Program-made: the position numbers and the translations under genes
Part shown: positions 12,796 to 26,201 of the stretch, piece by piece
How positions within the stretch are numbered: the first letter of the stretch is position 1
How the letters are laid out: every line of letters starts with the position of its first letter
The notes under the pieces: model-generated
Database searches by the model: none
Told to the model about the DNA's origin: nothing
The model's input: the letters and a program-made list of their open reading frames with translations, nothing else
DNA from: Mobula hypostoma
Taxonomy: Eukaryota
DNA length: 64,000 bases
Assembly (NCBI RefSeq): GCF_963921235.1
Contig: NC_086098.1
Location: 4,154,001 to 4,218,000, forward strand
Direction of reading: 5' to 3'

Positions 12796-13779
12796 TACAT
12801 TATCTATTTAAATCAGATCTAATGTTTCAATTAGATTTCTCCAAGTGGAAACTAATCCCCCTCTCCCCTCTCCACCTCATTCTCTCTCCCTCCCGCTCCC
12901 TCCCCCTCTCTATCATTTATACTCATTCATCTGCACCTTGTGGAACATCAGGCAGCAACCCAGCACTGATGGATAGTGTGTAAGGAGCTGGCCTAATTCA
13001 AACCTGTGACCACTGGCCTTGAAGTCCAGTCCAGATTCCACTATACCACCGGCCAGCATATATATACATATTTCTTTCATGGACTCATTGTCCTTTCAGA
13101 AATCTGATGGTGGAGACATCAGTTTGCATTTGGAGAGATCTAACTGAAACATTTGATCTGATTTAAATAGATCATTCACCTCGCTGCCAATATACTCTGT
13201 ATTGCATTAAATTAACATAGAATTGCTTTTAACATCAACCTTTGTTTACCAACAGAAAGTTTGTCAAAATAAATCAATGCCTACAATGTTTAATAGATCT
13301 CCCCAGGATATTAGTACATTGGACAGATGTGATTTATTACCTTTAGATTGGTGAACTACTCACAGCACTGTGTTTAGGCATTGTAAACCCGCATTCTCCA
13401 ATGTAACTGGTGTCATCTCTAGTGACAGGAGGGAGGGAGAAATGAATTCAAATGGGGAACGGCAACATCATAATGGCCCGTTATTACACTGACAAATCTG
13501 TAGATTTTGCTTTATTTTTTCATCAATTTTTCCCTCTGTTTTTCTAAAGAGACTGTCGCCCTTGCTGGCACTCAGTTCTGTTAGCACCAATTACAAGTGA
13601 CAGTCTCACTGAGTTTTAGAAACCTCCTGAAAACAAGGAGGCCAATTCAGTCCATCGTATCCCTGTCAATCTCAGTCAACTACTTCACATTTTTCCCATG
13701 ATCCTTGACTATCAGCTTTGTGATCTGCTAAAGTTTGTCTTTTCAATCCCCATTGTATATACCCTTTATACCCGAGGTA

Positions 13780-14365
13780 TTCTTTCAGCTCTTTTAAACC
13801 ACACAGAGTATTGTGGTTGCCTCAATATATGGATGTGTAAGCTTTAGAGAGGGCACTGAGGAGATTTACCAGGACGCTGCATGAATTAGAGGGCATGTTT
13901 TAGCAGACTCAGTGGAACAAATGGCCTAATTCTGCCCCTATGTCCATAAGAATGTCTTATGAGGAAAGGTTGAGGGATCTATGGCTTCTCACCCTGGAGG
14001 ATGAGAAGTGAATTGATAGAGGTGTATAAGATGCTAAGAGGCATTGATATGGTGGACAGCCAGAGACTTTTTCCCAGAGCAGAAATGGCTAATACAAGGG
14101 AGCACAAATTGAAGATGATTGGAGGAAAGGATGGTGAAAAATCAGAGGTAAGTTTTTTTTTACACAGAGAGTGCAAAGTGCATTCAATGTGCTACCGGGG
14201 TGATGGTAGAGGTAGATTCAATAGCAGTTTTTAAGAAATTCTAAGATTTCTGAGAGAAAAATGGATGGCTATGGGGGGAGGGAAGGGTTAGAGAGAATTA
14301 AAGGGTCAGTAGAACATCGTAGGCCAAAGGACCCTGTACGATGCTGTAATGTTCTCTGTTCTCTG
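13780..14365 (+). mobile_element. CR1 3' fragment
   Basis: MRSELIEVYKMLRGIDMVDSQRLFPRAEMANTR; tail gttctctgttctctg. Confidence 0.8.
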
Positions 14366-15473
14366 TGCAGCCTGAACAACATCACATAGTTTAGCACCGA
14401 GTCTGAACTAATCCGGAGACCTCAGCAGCTGACGGATTATACGACATTACTCTGACTGCACCTCAATGTACAATGTCTTGGAAATGTTATGGTTAATTGC
14501 TGTATCACTGAGGCTCTTCTCACACACAACAGCTCTCCAGTGAGTCAGGAAAATTACTAGAGCTAAGGGGACTTCGTAGCAGGATTTAGTATGATGAAAT
14601 GCAGAGATCAGCAAGAAGGGTAAAATTTCAGTAGAAAAAGGCAGCATTTCTCTGGTGAGTTGAGTTTGACAGACTCTGTTCATGTGGTGCAGCTCAGACA
14701 AAGCCTAGCTGGTAATTCCATCAAGTCAAACCTCCCCACCTCCCCAGGGCTGAAAGTCTGTGTGACTCCAGGGATCAAGGTCTATTTGAATTCAGAAGGC
14801 CAGGTCCAGAGGTCAAATCTGGTGGAGTAGTCCGGAAGACAAAGCTGAAGGTTAAAGTTCAGAGAACTGCAATTCTGCAGGTAGAAGCCTGAAGGTTGAG
14901 GCCTGAAAGAGTGCAAAGGAGACACAAGGGCATGAGTCATCAGGGCTACGTGCCCATGGTATAACAGGAAGATACGAGCAGTGGCTGATTGATAGGAGGC
15001 AAAGAGTGGGAAAAAAGGGAGCCTTTTCTGATTGGCTGCCAATGACAAGTGGTGTTCCAGAGGGGTCCATGTTGGGACTGATTCTTTTTACAGTATATGT
15101 TAATGATTTGGATGATGGAATGGATGGCTTGGTTGCAAAGTTTGCAGAGAATATGAAGATGGGTAGGTAGTTTTGAGGAAGTAGAGAGGCTAATGAAGGA
15201 CTCTGTCCTTTCTCGATATCTCTGTCTCTATCTCTGGAGACAGCCCATCTCCTGATGTCTATTATAAACCCATGGACTCTCACAGATACCTGGACTATAG
15301 CTCTTCCCACCCTGTTTCTCGTAAAAATGCCATCTCCTTCTCTCAGTTCCTCTGTTTCCACCACATCTGCTCTGAGGATGAGGCTTTTCATTCTAGAACG
15401 ATGGACATGTCCTCCTGCTTCAAAGCAAGGGGCTTCCCTTCTTTCACCATCAACACTGCCCCCAACCACATTT

Positions 15474-15616
15474 AACGCAAACAACAGGAATTCTGCAGAT
15501 GCTGGAAATTCAAGGAACACACATCAAAGTTGCTGGTGAACGCAGCAGGCCAGGCAGCATCTGTAGGAAGAGGTGCTGCCTGGCCGCTGCGTTCACCAGC
15601 AACTTTGATGTGTGTT
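15474..15616. mobile_element. Mini fold-back PLE-end insertion (143 bp)
   Basis: Inverted arms ggaacacacatcaaagttgctggtgaacgcagc / gctgcgttcaccagcaactttgatgtgtgttcc; TSD ccccaaccacattt at 15460-15473 and 15617-15630. Confidence 0.9.
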
Positions 15617-16109
15617 CCCCAACCACATTTCTTCCATTTCACTCACATCTGCCCTCACCCCATCCTCCCGTCACCCTGTCCCACTTGTCCTCACCTACCA
15701 CCCTATCAGCCTCTGCGTCCAGCACATAATTCTCCAGAACTCATGCCATCTCCAACGGGATCCCACCATCTTCCCCCTGCCCCCCCCCCCACTTTCTGCT
15801 TTCTTCAGAGATCGCTCCCTACACAACTCCTCTGTCCTTTCGTCCCTAACCACTGATTTCCCTCCTGGCACTTATCCTTGCAAGCAGAACAAGTGCTACA
15901 CCTGCCCCTACACCAGCTCCCTCACTACCATTCAGGGCCCCAAACAGTCTTTCCAGGTGCGACGACACTCCAACTGTGAGTCTGTTGGGGTCATCTACTG
16001 TATCTGGTGTTCCCGGTGTGACTTCCTGTATATCGGTGAAACCCAAAGTAGAGTGGGAGACCGTTTCACCGAGCACCTATGCTCCATCCTGTCAGATATA
16101 TATATGTAC

Positions 16110-17332
16110 CTATAGATGTACAGTGAAGAGCATTCTGACAGGCTGCATCACGGGCTGGTATCGGGGGTGGTGGGAGTGGGTGGCCTACTGAACAGCACCG
16201 AAAGAAGCCGCAGAGAGTTGTAAATTTAGTCGGCTCTGTCTTGGGGACTTGGTCTACAAATTACCCAGGACATCTTCAGGGAGCGGTGTCTCAGAAAGGC
16301 AGTGTCCGTTATTAAGGACCTCCAGCACCCAGGGCATGCCCTTTTCTCACTGTTACCATCAGGTAGGAGGTACAGGAGCCTGAAGGCACACACTCAGTGA
16401 TTCAGGAAAGCTTCTTCCCCTCTGCCATCTGATTCCTTAATGGACATTGAACCTGTGAACACTACCTCACTTTTTAAATATATATTATTTCTGATTTCGC
16501 ATGATTTTTGATCCATACATCTATTGTAATTGATTTACTTTTTTTCTTCTATATTATAGAAACATAGAAACATAGAAAATAGGTGCAGGAGTAGGCCATT
16601 CAGCCCTTCGAGCCTGCACTGCCATTTATTATGATCATGGCTGATCATCCAACTCAGAACCCCGCCCCAGCCTTCCCTCCATACCCCCTGATCCCCGTAG
16701 CCACAAGAGCCATATCTAACTCCCTCTTAAATATAACCAATGAACTGGCCTCAACTGTTTCCTGTGGCAGAGAATTCCACAGATTCACCACTCTCTGTGT
16801 GAAGAAGTTTTTCCTGATCTCGGTCCTAAAAGGCTTCCCCTTTATCCTCAAACTGTGACCCCTTGTTCTGGACTTCCCCAACATTGGGAACAATCTTCCT
16901 GCATCTAGCCTGTCCAATCCCTTTAGGAATTTATACGTTTCAATCAGATCCCCCCTCAATCTTCTAAATTCCAACGAGTACAAGCCCAGTTCATCCAGTC
17001 TTTCTTCATATGAAAGTCCTGCCATCCCAGGAATCATTCTGGTGAACCTTCTTTGTACTCCCTCTATGGCAAGGATGTCTTTCCTCAGATTAGGGAACCA
17101 AAACTGCACACAATACTCCAGGTGTGGTCTCACCAAGGCCTTGTACAACTGCAGTAGTACCTCCCTGCTCCTGTACTAGAATCCTCTCGCTATAAATGCC
17201 AGCATACCATTCGCCTTTTTCACCGCCTGCTGTACCTGCATTGTACTGCATTGAACTGCTGCTGCTAAGTTAACAAATTTCACAACACATGCCAGCGATA
17301 ATAAACATGATTCTGATTCTAATTCTAATTCT
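16110..17332 (+). mobile_element. Rex1/Babar-like 3' fragment inserted in the PLE and split by a CR1
   Basis: YRCTVKSILTGCITGWY...HPGHALFSLLPSGRRYRSL; the UTR resumes at about 17241 and ends in a gattct-type tail; same family as 1193-2526. Confidence 0.8.
16557..17240 (-). mobile_element. Relatively young CR1 3' fragment
   Basis: Open 164-aa ORF2 C-terminus YKALVRPHLEYCVQFW...RTRGHSLRIKG...; tail (tagaaaca)n on +. Confidence 0.92.
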
Positions 17333-18344
17333 GAAAATGTGGGATTTCCCAGTGGCCACCTGTTTTAATTCCACTTCCGATTTCAATTCTAACACCTCAG
17401 TCCATGTCCTCCTCTACTGGTGCGATGAGGCCACACTCAGTTTGGAGGAGCAACACCTTGTATTCCATCTGGGAAGCCTCCAACCTGATGGCATAAACAT
17501 TGATTTCTCGAACTTCCGGTAATGCTCCCTCCCCACCCTTCACCATTGCCCATTCCCATTTCCCTCTCTCATCTTATCTCCTTGCCTGCCCATCACCTCC
17601 CTCTGGTGTTCCACCCCTCTTTCTTCCATGATTTCTGTCCTCTCCTATCAGATTCCCCCTTCTCCAACCCTGTATTTTTCACCAATCAACTTCCCGGCTC
17701 TTCACTTCTCCCTTCCCCCTCCCAGTTTCACCTTTCACCTTGTGTTTCTCCCTCCCTTCTCCCCACCTTCACTCCTCGTTTTCTTTTCTCCAGTCCTGAT
17801 GAAGGCGCTTGGCCCAAAACGTTGACTGTATTCTGCCTGGCCTGCTGAGTTCCTCCAGCAGTGCATGTATGTTGCTACTGAAGGACTTAGACAGATTAAG
17901 AGAATGGGCAAAGAAGTGGCAGATGGAATACAATGTTGGGAAGTGTATGGTCATGCCTTTTGGTAGAAAAAATGAAAGGGTTGACTATTTTCTAAGTGGA
18001 GAGAAAGTACAAATAACTGCGGTGCAAGGGGACCTGGGAGCCATGAGGAAGGCAATGTTAGCACTCATTTCAAGAGGACTTGAATATAAAGGGAAAAATA
18101 TAATGTTGAGAGCTTCTAAAGCACTAGTGAGGCTTCACAGAGTATTGTGTGCAGTTTTGGGCCTCTTATCTACGAAAGGATGTGCTGAAACTGGAGAGGG
18201 TTCAAAGGAGGTTCACGAAAATGATTCTGGGATTGAATGACTTGTCATATGAAGAGTGTTTGATGGCTTTGGGCCTGTATTTACTAGACTTCAGAAGAAT
18301 GAGGGATGACCTCATTGAAGCCTATTGAATGGTAAAAGGCTTTG

Positions 18345-18600
18345 AGCTGGCCCGTGTCAGCAATGGAGGGCTGTCCGTGTGTGTGAGTGGGTGGGTGAGT
18401 GTTCTGAAAAGAGCTTGTTTTGCAGTTGATATCTTGTTTTGTTTTGTTGTTGTTGCTGTTGTTGTCTGTGTTGTATGGCTTCACTTGTGGGCTGCCCCCA
18501 GCACATCCTTGGGTGTGTTGGTTGTTAACACAAACAAAGCATTTCACTGAAAGTTTTAATGTACTGTACATGTGACAAATAAATCGGAATCTGAATCTGA
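18345..18600 (+). mobile_element. Non-coding retroposon sharing a 3' module with several other copies
   Basis: gctgcccccagcacatcc...gttaacacaaac...catttcactg...catgtgacaaataaa then (aatctg)n; related copies at about 32220-32470 (-), 34630-34805 (-), 36700-36795 (+), 54940-55170 (+), 60230-60460 (-). Confidence 0.7.
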
Positions 18601-19258
18601 ATTTTTCAATACATTACATAAATAGAAGTTTCAGTGGCAATATAGCTGAAGGGTGTTAATCGAGTTATGGAAGGAAAGTCGAAGACAAGCCTGCCCATTT
18701 CACTTCAAACCACCATTCTGAGTTTACAGTGAAATATCAAGAAGCTGTAAATACAGGAAATCTCTCTGCCTCTCTGCACAGGTCCAGCAAAGAACTTTAA
18801 AAATCAGGAAGCTTTTCAATGGGAATCATTGATTGGAATACTGCACGGATGCAACAGAAGCATTCCTGTGCAGATCCGGGAAAGAACTTTAAAAACCCAG
18901 TCTCTATAAAGGGAAGAGTTATCACCTCGCGGAACGGTCGTTGTGGGAGTGGTCATTGTCGGAATAGTATAAGGCGGAGCTTTGGCTAAACAAGGCTTTG
19001 GCAAGAAGTTCAAGTTCAAGTTACTTTTATTGTCATTTCAACCACAACTGCTGACAGTACACAGTATAAACGAAACAACGTTCCTCCAGGACCATGGTGC
19101 TACATGAAACAACACAAAAGTACACTAGACTACCTGAACCAACACAAAACTACACCTGACTACAGACCTGCACGGGACTACATAAAGTGCACAAGACAGT
19201 ACAATAATTAATAAACAAGACAATAGGCACAGTAAAGTACAAATTATAATATAATAGT

Positions 19259-19560
19259 TGGTGCGTGGCCAAGTGGTTAAGGCGTCAGTCTAGTGATCTG
19301 AAGGTCGCTAGTTCAAGCCTCAGCTGAGGCAGCGTGTTGTGTCCTTGAGCAAGGCACTTAACCACACATTGCTCTGCGACGACACCGGTGCCAAGCTGTA
19401 TCGGCCCTAGTGCCCTTCCCTTGGACAACATCGGTGGCGTGGAGAGGGGAGACTTGCAGCATGGGCAACTGCCGGTCTTCCATGCAAGCTTGCCCAGGCC
19501 TGTGCCCTGGAAACCTTCCAAGACAAATCCATGGTCTCACAAGACTAACGGATGCCTATG
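19259..19560 (+). mobile_element. tRNA-derived SINE with a CORE-like segment
   Basis: Pol III A box TGGCCAAGTGG (19266-19276), B box GTTCAAGCC (19311-19319), then GTGTCCTTGAGCAAGGCACTTAACC resembling the MIR CORE sequence. Confidence 0.8.
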
Positions 19561-19666
19561 ACAATAAATGATGTAAAATGTAAATGTGAATGTAAACATT
19601 GTTTTAGCAGAAATTGAGAAAGAGATGAGCAAAAATTGCAAAGCGACTGGAGTGGTGTTCAGTTGA

Positions 19667-19671
<5 letters not shown>

Positions 19672-19708
<37 letters not shown>
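19672..19708. repeat. (GT)n microsatellite
   Basis: Directly visible. Confidence 0.95.
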
Positions 19709-19710
<2 letters not shown>

Positions 19711-21651
19711 GTTGGTATCAGACTGTACTCTCTGGGAACTGAGGAGTCCGGGCGGAAACAAGGTAAGTAGTAAGTTCATTCCTTATTTCTTATTCTGAAT
19801 GAACTCTACGGAGAATAGGGGTTACGTCCACAGAGCCAGTGTTTTGTTCTGGGTGTCAGATGTGGGAATTCCAGGAGACACCTAGCCTCCCCGATGGCCA
19901 TATTGCACCAGGTGCATCGAGATGCAGCTCCTTAGAGACTGTGTTAGGGAACTGGAGCTGCAGCTCGATGACCTTCGGCTTGTTAGGGAGAGTGAGGCAG
20001 TGATAGACAGGAACTACAGGGAGGTAGTCACCCCGAGGCTACAGGAGACAGATAAATGGGTGACTGTCAGAAGAGGGAAGGGAGGGCATCAGATATGGAG
20101 AGCACCCCTGTGGCTGTCCCACACAATCATGTATTCCAGTTTAAGTACTGTTTTGGGGGGCGGGGGGAATGACCTACCTGGGGAAAGCCACTGGCACTGA
20201 GCCCGACCCTACAGCTCAGAAGAGTAGGGAACTGAAGAGGGTGGCAGCAGCAATAGGGGACTCCATCGTCAGGGGAATAGATAGGCGATTCTGAGGGCAG
20301 GTGAGATCTGTATAAAAGGGATGGGTTGCACTTGAATCCGAGGGGGACAAATAGTCTTGCTGGCAGATTTATTAGAACTGTTGAGAGTGGTTTAAACTAA
20401 TATGTCAGGGTGATGGGAACCAGTATGACAGAGCTGAGGATGAGCCAGCAGGTTTACAAGTAGATGATGGGTGTAATGTGAATGTAAGGAAGGACAAGCC
20501 GGATACAAATGCTTACAGAGCACAAAGTTAAATTGTACCAAAGAGGCAAAATTCAAAAGGGCGAAGTACGCAGGACTGAAGGTGCTGTATTTAAATGTGT
20601 GTAGCATTCGGATTAAGGTGGACAAACCTGTGGCACAACTAGAGATTGGTTGGTATAACATTGTGGGCATCACTGAATCGTGGCTGGAAGAAGGTCATAG
20701 TTGGGAGGTTAACATCGAAGGATGCACTGTGTATTGGAAGGACAGGCAGGAAGACATAGGCAGTGGTGTGGCTCTGTTGGTAGGAGATGGAATTACAACT
20801 TTAGAAAGAGATGACATAGGGTCAGATAACGTTGAATCTTTGTGGGTGGAGTTAAGTAACTGCAAGGGTAAAAAAAAACAGTATGGGAATCAGATATAGG
20901 CCTCCAAATAGTAGGAAACATGTGGGGTTGAGATTACAAAGGGAGCTGGAAAAGGCACGTAATAAGGGTATGGCACAATTGTAATGGGGGATTTCAACAT
21001 GCAAGGGGATTGGGAAAATCAGGTTGGTGTTAGATTGCAAGAGAGGGAATTTATTGAATGCCTATGAAAGGGCTTTTTAGAGCAGCTTGAGCTCGGGCCC
21101 ACTAAGGGAAATGCTATCTTAGATTTGGTGTTGTGTAACAACCCAGATATTATTAGGGAGCTTAGTGTAAAGGAACCCCTAGGAGGCTGTGATCAAAAAA
21201 TGATTGAATTCATATTGCAATCTGAGAGATAGAAACATAACTCACAAGTATCAGTATCGCAATGGAATAAAGGGAATTTCAGAGGCATGACAGAGGAGCT
21301 TGCCTCAGGTTAATTGGAGGAGGATATTGGCGAGGATGATGATAGAGCGCAGGTAGCTGACATTTCTGGGAATAGTTCACCAGGCGCAGGACAGAAATGT
21401 TCCACAGAGGAAGAATTTCACAAACGTCAGGGGTAGGCAGCCATGGCCAACAGGGGAAACTAAAGACTACATAAAAGCCCAGGAAAAGGCATATAAAGTA
21501 GCAAAAGTGAGCGGGAAGTTAGATGAAGTGGAAACTTTTAAAATCTAATAAAAAGACAACTATAAAAAGCTATAAGAAAGGAAAAGATGAAATATGAGGG
21601 CAAACTAGCCAATGATATAAAGCAGGACACCAAAAACTTCTCAGTTATATA

Positions 21652-23780
21652 AAACATAGAAACATAGAATAGTACAGCACAGTACAGGCCCTTTGGCCCA
21701 CAATGTTGTGCTGACCCTCAAACCCTGCCTCCCATATAAGCCCCCACCTTAGATTCCTCCATATACCTGTCTAGTAGTCTCTTACACATCACTAGTGTAT
21801 CTGCCTCCACCACTGACTCAGGCAGTGCATTCCACGCACCAACCACTCTCTGAGTAAAAAACCTTCCTCTAGTATCCCCCTTCAACTTCCCACCCCTTAC
21901 CTTAAAGCCATGTCCTCTTGTATTGAGCAGTGGTGCCCTGGGGAAGAGGTGCTGGCTATCCACTCTATCTATTCCTCTTATTATCTTGTACACCCCTATC
22001 ATGTCTCCTCTCATCCTCCTTCTCTCCAAAGAGTAAAGCCCTAGCTCCCTTAATCTCTGATCATAATGCATACATTCTAAACCAGGCAGCATCCTGGTAA
22101 ATCTCCTCTGTACCCTTTCCAATGCTTCCACATCCTTCCTGTAGTGAGGTGACCAGAACTGGACACAGTACTGCAAGTGTGGCCTAACCAGAGTTTTATA
22201 GAGCTGCATCATTACATCGCGACTTTTAAACTCTATCCCTCGACTTATGAAAGCTAACACCCCATAAGCTTTCTTAACTACCCTATCCACCTGTGAGGCA
22301 ACTTTCAGGGATCTGTGGACATGTACCCCAAGATCCCTCTGCTCCTCCACACTACCAAGTATCCTGCCATTTACTTTGTACTCTGCCTTGGAGTTTGTCC
22401 TTCCAAAGTGTACCACCTCACACTTCTCCGGGTTGAACTCCATCTGCCACTTCTCAGCCCACTTCTGCATCCTATCAATGTCTCTCTGCAATCTTTGACA
22501 ATCCTCTACACTATCTACAACACCACCAACCTTTGTGTCGTCTGCAAACATGCCAACCCACCCTTCTACCCCCACATCCAGGTCGTTAATAAAAATCACG
22601 AAAAGTAGAGGTCCCAGAACAGATCCTTGTGGGACACCACTAGTCACAATCCTCCAATCTGAATGTACTCCCTCCACCACCACTCTCTGCCTTCTGCAGG
22701 CAAGCCAATTCTGAATCCACTTGGCCAAACTTCCCTGGATCCCATGCCTTCTAACTTTCTGAATAAGCCTACTGTGTGGAACCTTGTCAAATGCCTTACT
22801 AAAATCCATATAGATCACATCTACTGCACTACCCTCATCTATATGCCTGGTCACTTCCTCAAGGAACTCTATCAGGCTTGTTAGACACAATCTGCCCTTC
22901 ACAAAGCCATGCTGACTGTCCCTGATCAGACCATGATTCTCTAAATGCCTATAGATCCTATCTCTAAGGATCTTTTCCAACAGCTTTCCCACCACAGACG
23001 TAAGGCTCACTGGTCTATAAATACCCGGACTATCCCTACTACCTTTTTTGAACAAGGGAACAACATTCGCCTCCCTCCAATCCTCCGGTACCATTCCCAT
23101 GGACAACGAGGACATAAAGATCCTAGCCAGAAGCTCAGCAATCTCTTCTCTCGCCTCGTGGAGCAGCCTGGGGAATATTCCGTCAGGCCCCGGGGACTTA
23201 TCTGTCCTAATGTATTTTAACAACTCCAACACCTCCTCTCCCTTAATATCAGCATGCTCCAGAACATCAACCTCACTCATATTGTCCTCACCATCATCAA
23301 GTTCCCTCTCATTGGTGAATACCGAAGAGAAGTATTCATTGAGGACGTCGCTCACTTCCACAGCCTCCAGGCACATCTTCCCACCTTTATCTCTAATCGG
23401 TCCTACCTTCACTCCTGTCATCCTTTTTTTCTTCACATAATTGAAGAATGCCTTGGGGTTTTCCTTTACCCTACTCACCAAGGCCTTCTCATGCCCCCTT
23501 CTTGATCTTCTCAGCCCCTTCTTAAGCTCCTTTCTTGCTTCCCTATATTCCTCAATAGACCCATCTGATCCTTGCTTCCGAAACCTCATGTATGCTGCCT
23601 TCTTCCTCCTGACTAGATTTTCCACCTCACTTGTCACCCATGGTTCCTTCACCCTACCATTCTTTATCTTCCTCACTGGGACAAATTTATCCCTTACATC
23701 CCGCAAGAGATCTCTAAACATCGACCACATGTCCATAGTACATTTCCCTGCAAAAACATCATCCCAATTCACACCCAATT
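21652..23780 (-). mobile_element. Young 5'-truncated CR1 with uninterrupted ORF2 RT frame
   Basis: ORF 21718-23823 (701 aa; first about 14 aa are flank read-in): [53 protein letters not shown]; tail aacatagaaacatagaa. Confidence 0.95.
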
Positions 23781-23960
23781 CACATAAAGAGTAAAAGGGA
23801 GGTGAGAGTTGATATTGGACCACTGGAAAATGACGCTAGTGAGGTAGTAATGGGGGACAAAGAAATGGCCAATGAATTTAATGGGTACTTTGCATCTGGC
23901 TTCACTGCAGAAGATACTAGCTGTGTGCCAGAAGTCCCTGAGTGTCAGGGGGCAGGAGTG

Positions 23961-26097
23961 AAATCACAGAAAAACTACAGCACAGAAACAGGCCTTTTGG
24001 CCCTTCTTGGCTGTGCCGAACCATCTTCTGCCTAGTCCCACTGACCTGCACACGGACCATATCCCTCCATACACCTCCCATCCATGTATCTGTCTAATTT
24101 ATTCTTAAATGTTAAAAAAGAACCCGCATTTACCACCTCGACTGGCAGCTCATTCTATACTCCCACCACTCTCTGTGTGAAGAAGTAATATTCCCTTTAA
24201 GCTTTTCCCCTCTCACCCTTAACCCATGTCCTCTGGTTTTTTTCTCCCCTTGCCTCAGTGGAAAAAGCCTGCTTGCATTCACTCTGTCTATACCCATCAT
24301 AATTTTATATACCTCTATCAAATCTCCCCTCGTTCTTCTACGCTCCAGGGAATAAAGTCCTAACCTATTCAACCTTTCTCTGTAACTGAGTTTCTCAAGT
24401 CCCGGCAACATCCTTGTAAACCTTCTCTGCACTCTTTCAACCTTATTAATATCCTTCCAGTAATTTGGTGACCAAAACTGAACACAATACTCCAGATTCG
24501 GCCTCACCAATGCCTCATACAACCTCATCATAACATTCCAGCTCTTACACTCAATATTTTGATTAATAAAGGCCAATGTACCAAAAGCTCTCTTTACGAC
24601 CCTATCTACCTGTGACACCACTTTTAGGGAATTTTGTAACTGTATTTCCAGATCCCTCTGTTCTACTGCACTCCTCAGTGCCTTACCATTAACCCTGTAT
24701 GTTCTACCTTGGTTTGTCCTTCCAAAGTGCAATAGCTCACACTTGTCTGTATTAAACTCCATCGGCCATTTTTCAGTCCATTTTTCCAGCTGGTCCAAAT
24801 CCCTCTGCAGGCTCTGAAAACCTTCCTCACTGTCTACTACACCTCCAATCTTTGTATCATCAGCAAACTTGCTGATCCAATTTACCACATTATCATCCAG
24901 ATCATTGATATAGATGACAAATAACAATGGACCCAGCACTGATCCCTGTGACACACCACTAGTCACAGGCCTCCACTCGGAGAAGCAATTCTCTACTACC
25001 ACTCTTTGGCTTCTTCCATTGAGCCAATGTCTAATCCAATTTACCACCTCTCCATGTATACCTAGCAACTGAATTTTCCTAACTAATCTCCCATGCGGCA
25101 CCTTGTCAAAGACCTTACTGAAGTCCATGTAGACAACACCCACTGCCTACCCTTCATCCACTTTCCTGGTAACCTCCTCGAAGAACTCCAATAGATTGGT
25201 CAAACATGACCTACCACGCACAAAGCCATGTTGACTCTCCCTAATAAGTCCCAGTCTATCCAAATGCTTGTAGATTCTGTCTCTTAGTACTCCCTCCAAT
25301 AACTTACCTACTACTGACGTTAAACTCACCGGCCTATAATTTCCCGATTACTTTTCGATCCTTTTTTAAACAACGGAACAACATGAGCAACTCTCCAATC
25401 CTCCGGCACCTCACCTGTAGACAGCGACATTTTAAATGTTTTTGCCAGGGTTCCCGCAATTTCAACACTAGTCTCCTTCAAGGTCCGAGGGAACACCCTG
25501 TCAGGTCCCGGGGATTTACCCACTTTAATTTTCCTCAAGACAGCAAGGACCTCCTCCTTTTCAATCTGTACAGTTTCCATGATCTCACTACTTGCTTCCC
25601 TTAATTCCATAGACTTCATGCCAGTTTCCTTAGTAAATACAGACGCAAAAAACCTATTTAAGATCTCCCCCATTTCCTTTGGTTCCGCACATAGCCGACC
25701 GCTCTGATCTTCAAGAGGACCAATTTTATCCCTTATAATCATTTTACTCTTAATATACCTGTAAAAGCTCTTTGGATTATCCTTCACTTTGACTGCCAAG
25801 GCAACCTCATGTCTTCTTTTAGCCCTCCTGATTTCTTTCTTAAGTATTTTCTTGCACTTCTTATACTCCTCAAGCACCTTATTTACTCCCTGTTTCTTAT
25901 ACATGTCATACAACTCCTTCTTCTTCTTTATCAGAGTTGCAATATCCCTTGAGAACCAAGGTTCCTTATTCCTATTCACTTTGCCTTTAATCCTGACAGG
26001 AACATATAAGCTCTGCAGTCTCAAAATTTCTCCTTTGAAGGCTTCCCACTCACCGATCACATCCTTGCCAGAGAACAACCTGTCCCAATCCACGCTT
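23961..26097 (-). mobile_element. 5'-truncated CR1 (another subfamily) with few frameshifts
   Basis: ORFs 25326-26093, 25147-25329 and 24130-25143 are consecutive pieces of ORF2; the host CR1 resumes at about 26098. Confidence 0.93.
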
Positions 26098-26201
26098 GGT
26101 GGATTGCCATTGCTATTAGGAAGGAAAAGTGCTAGGCAAACTGAAAAGTCTTAAGGTGGGTAAGTCACCTGGACCAGATGGACTACATCACAGAGTACTA
26201 A

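Larger units (their letters stand above)
15203..17873 (+). mobile_element. Penelope-like retroelement, 5'-truncated and decayed, itself interrupted
   Basis: RT thumb (FLDISVSISGD...YYKP.DSHRYLDYSSSHP), CKQNKCYTC linker, GIY-YIG (GVIYCIWCSRC..LYIGET), resuming at about 17333 with EEQHLVFHLGSLQPDGINIDFSNFR; TSD gctaatgaaggact (15189-15202) / gctactgaaggact (17874-17887). Confidence 0.88.
14945..18340 (+). mobile_element. Old CR1 RT fragment split by a PLE insertion
   Basis: TSGVP.GSMLG.ILFTVYVNDLD...KFA.NMK before 15202 continues as KDLDRLREWAKKWQMEYNVGK after 17874. Confidence 0.85.

Noticed and set aside
18775..18900. Direct repeat aaagaactttaaaaa about 92 bp apart as a regulatory module
   Set aside because: Short, AT-rich and adjacent to a probable CR1 5' UTR; no support for function
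19259..19330. tRNA gene
   Set aside because: A and B boxes are present, but it continues into a SINE body, lacks a convincing cloverleaf, and has a diverged sibling at 43735
21718..23823. 701-aa ORF as a host or domesticated RT gene
   Set aside because: Ordinary 5'-truncated CR1 ORF2 with its tail; the start codon comes from flanking antisense CR1
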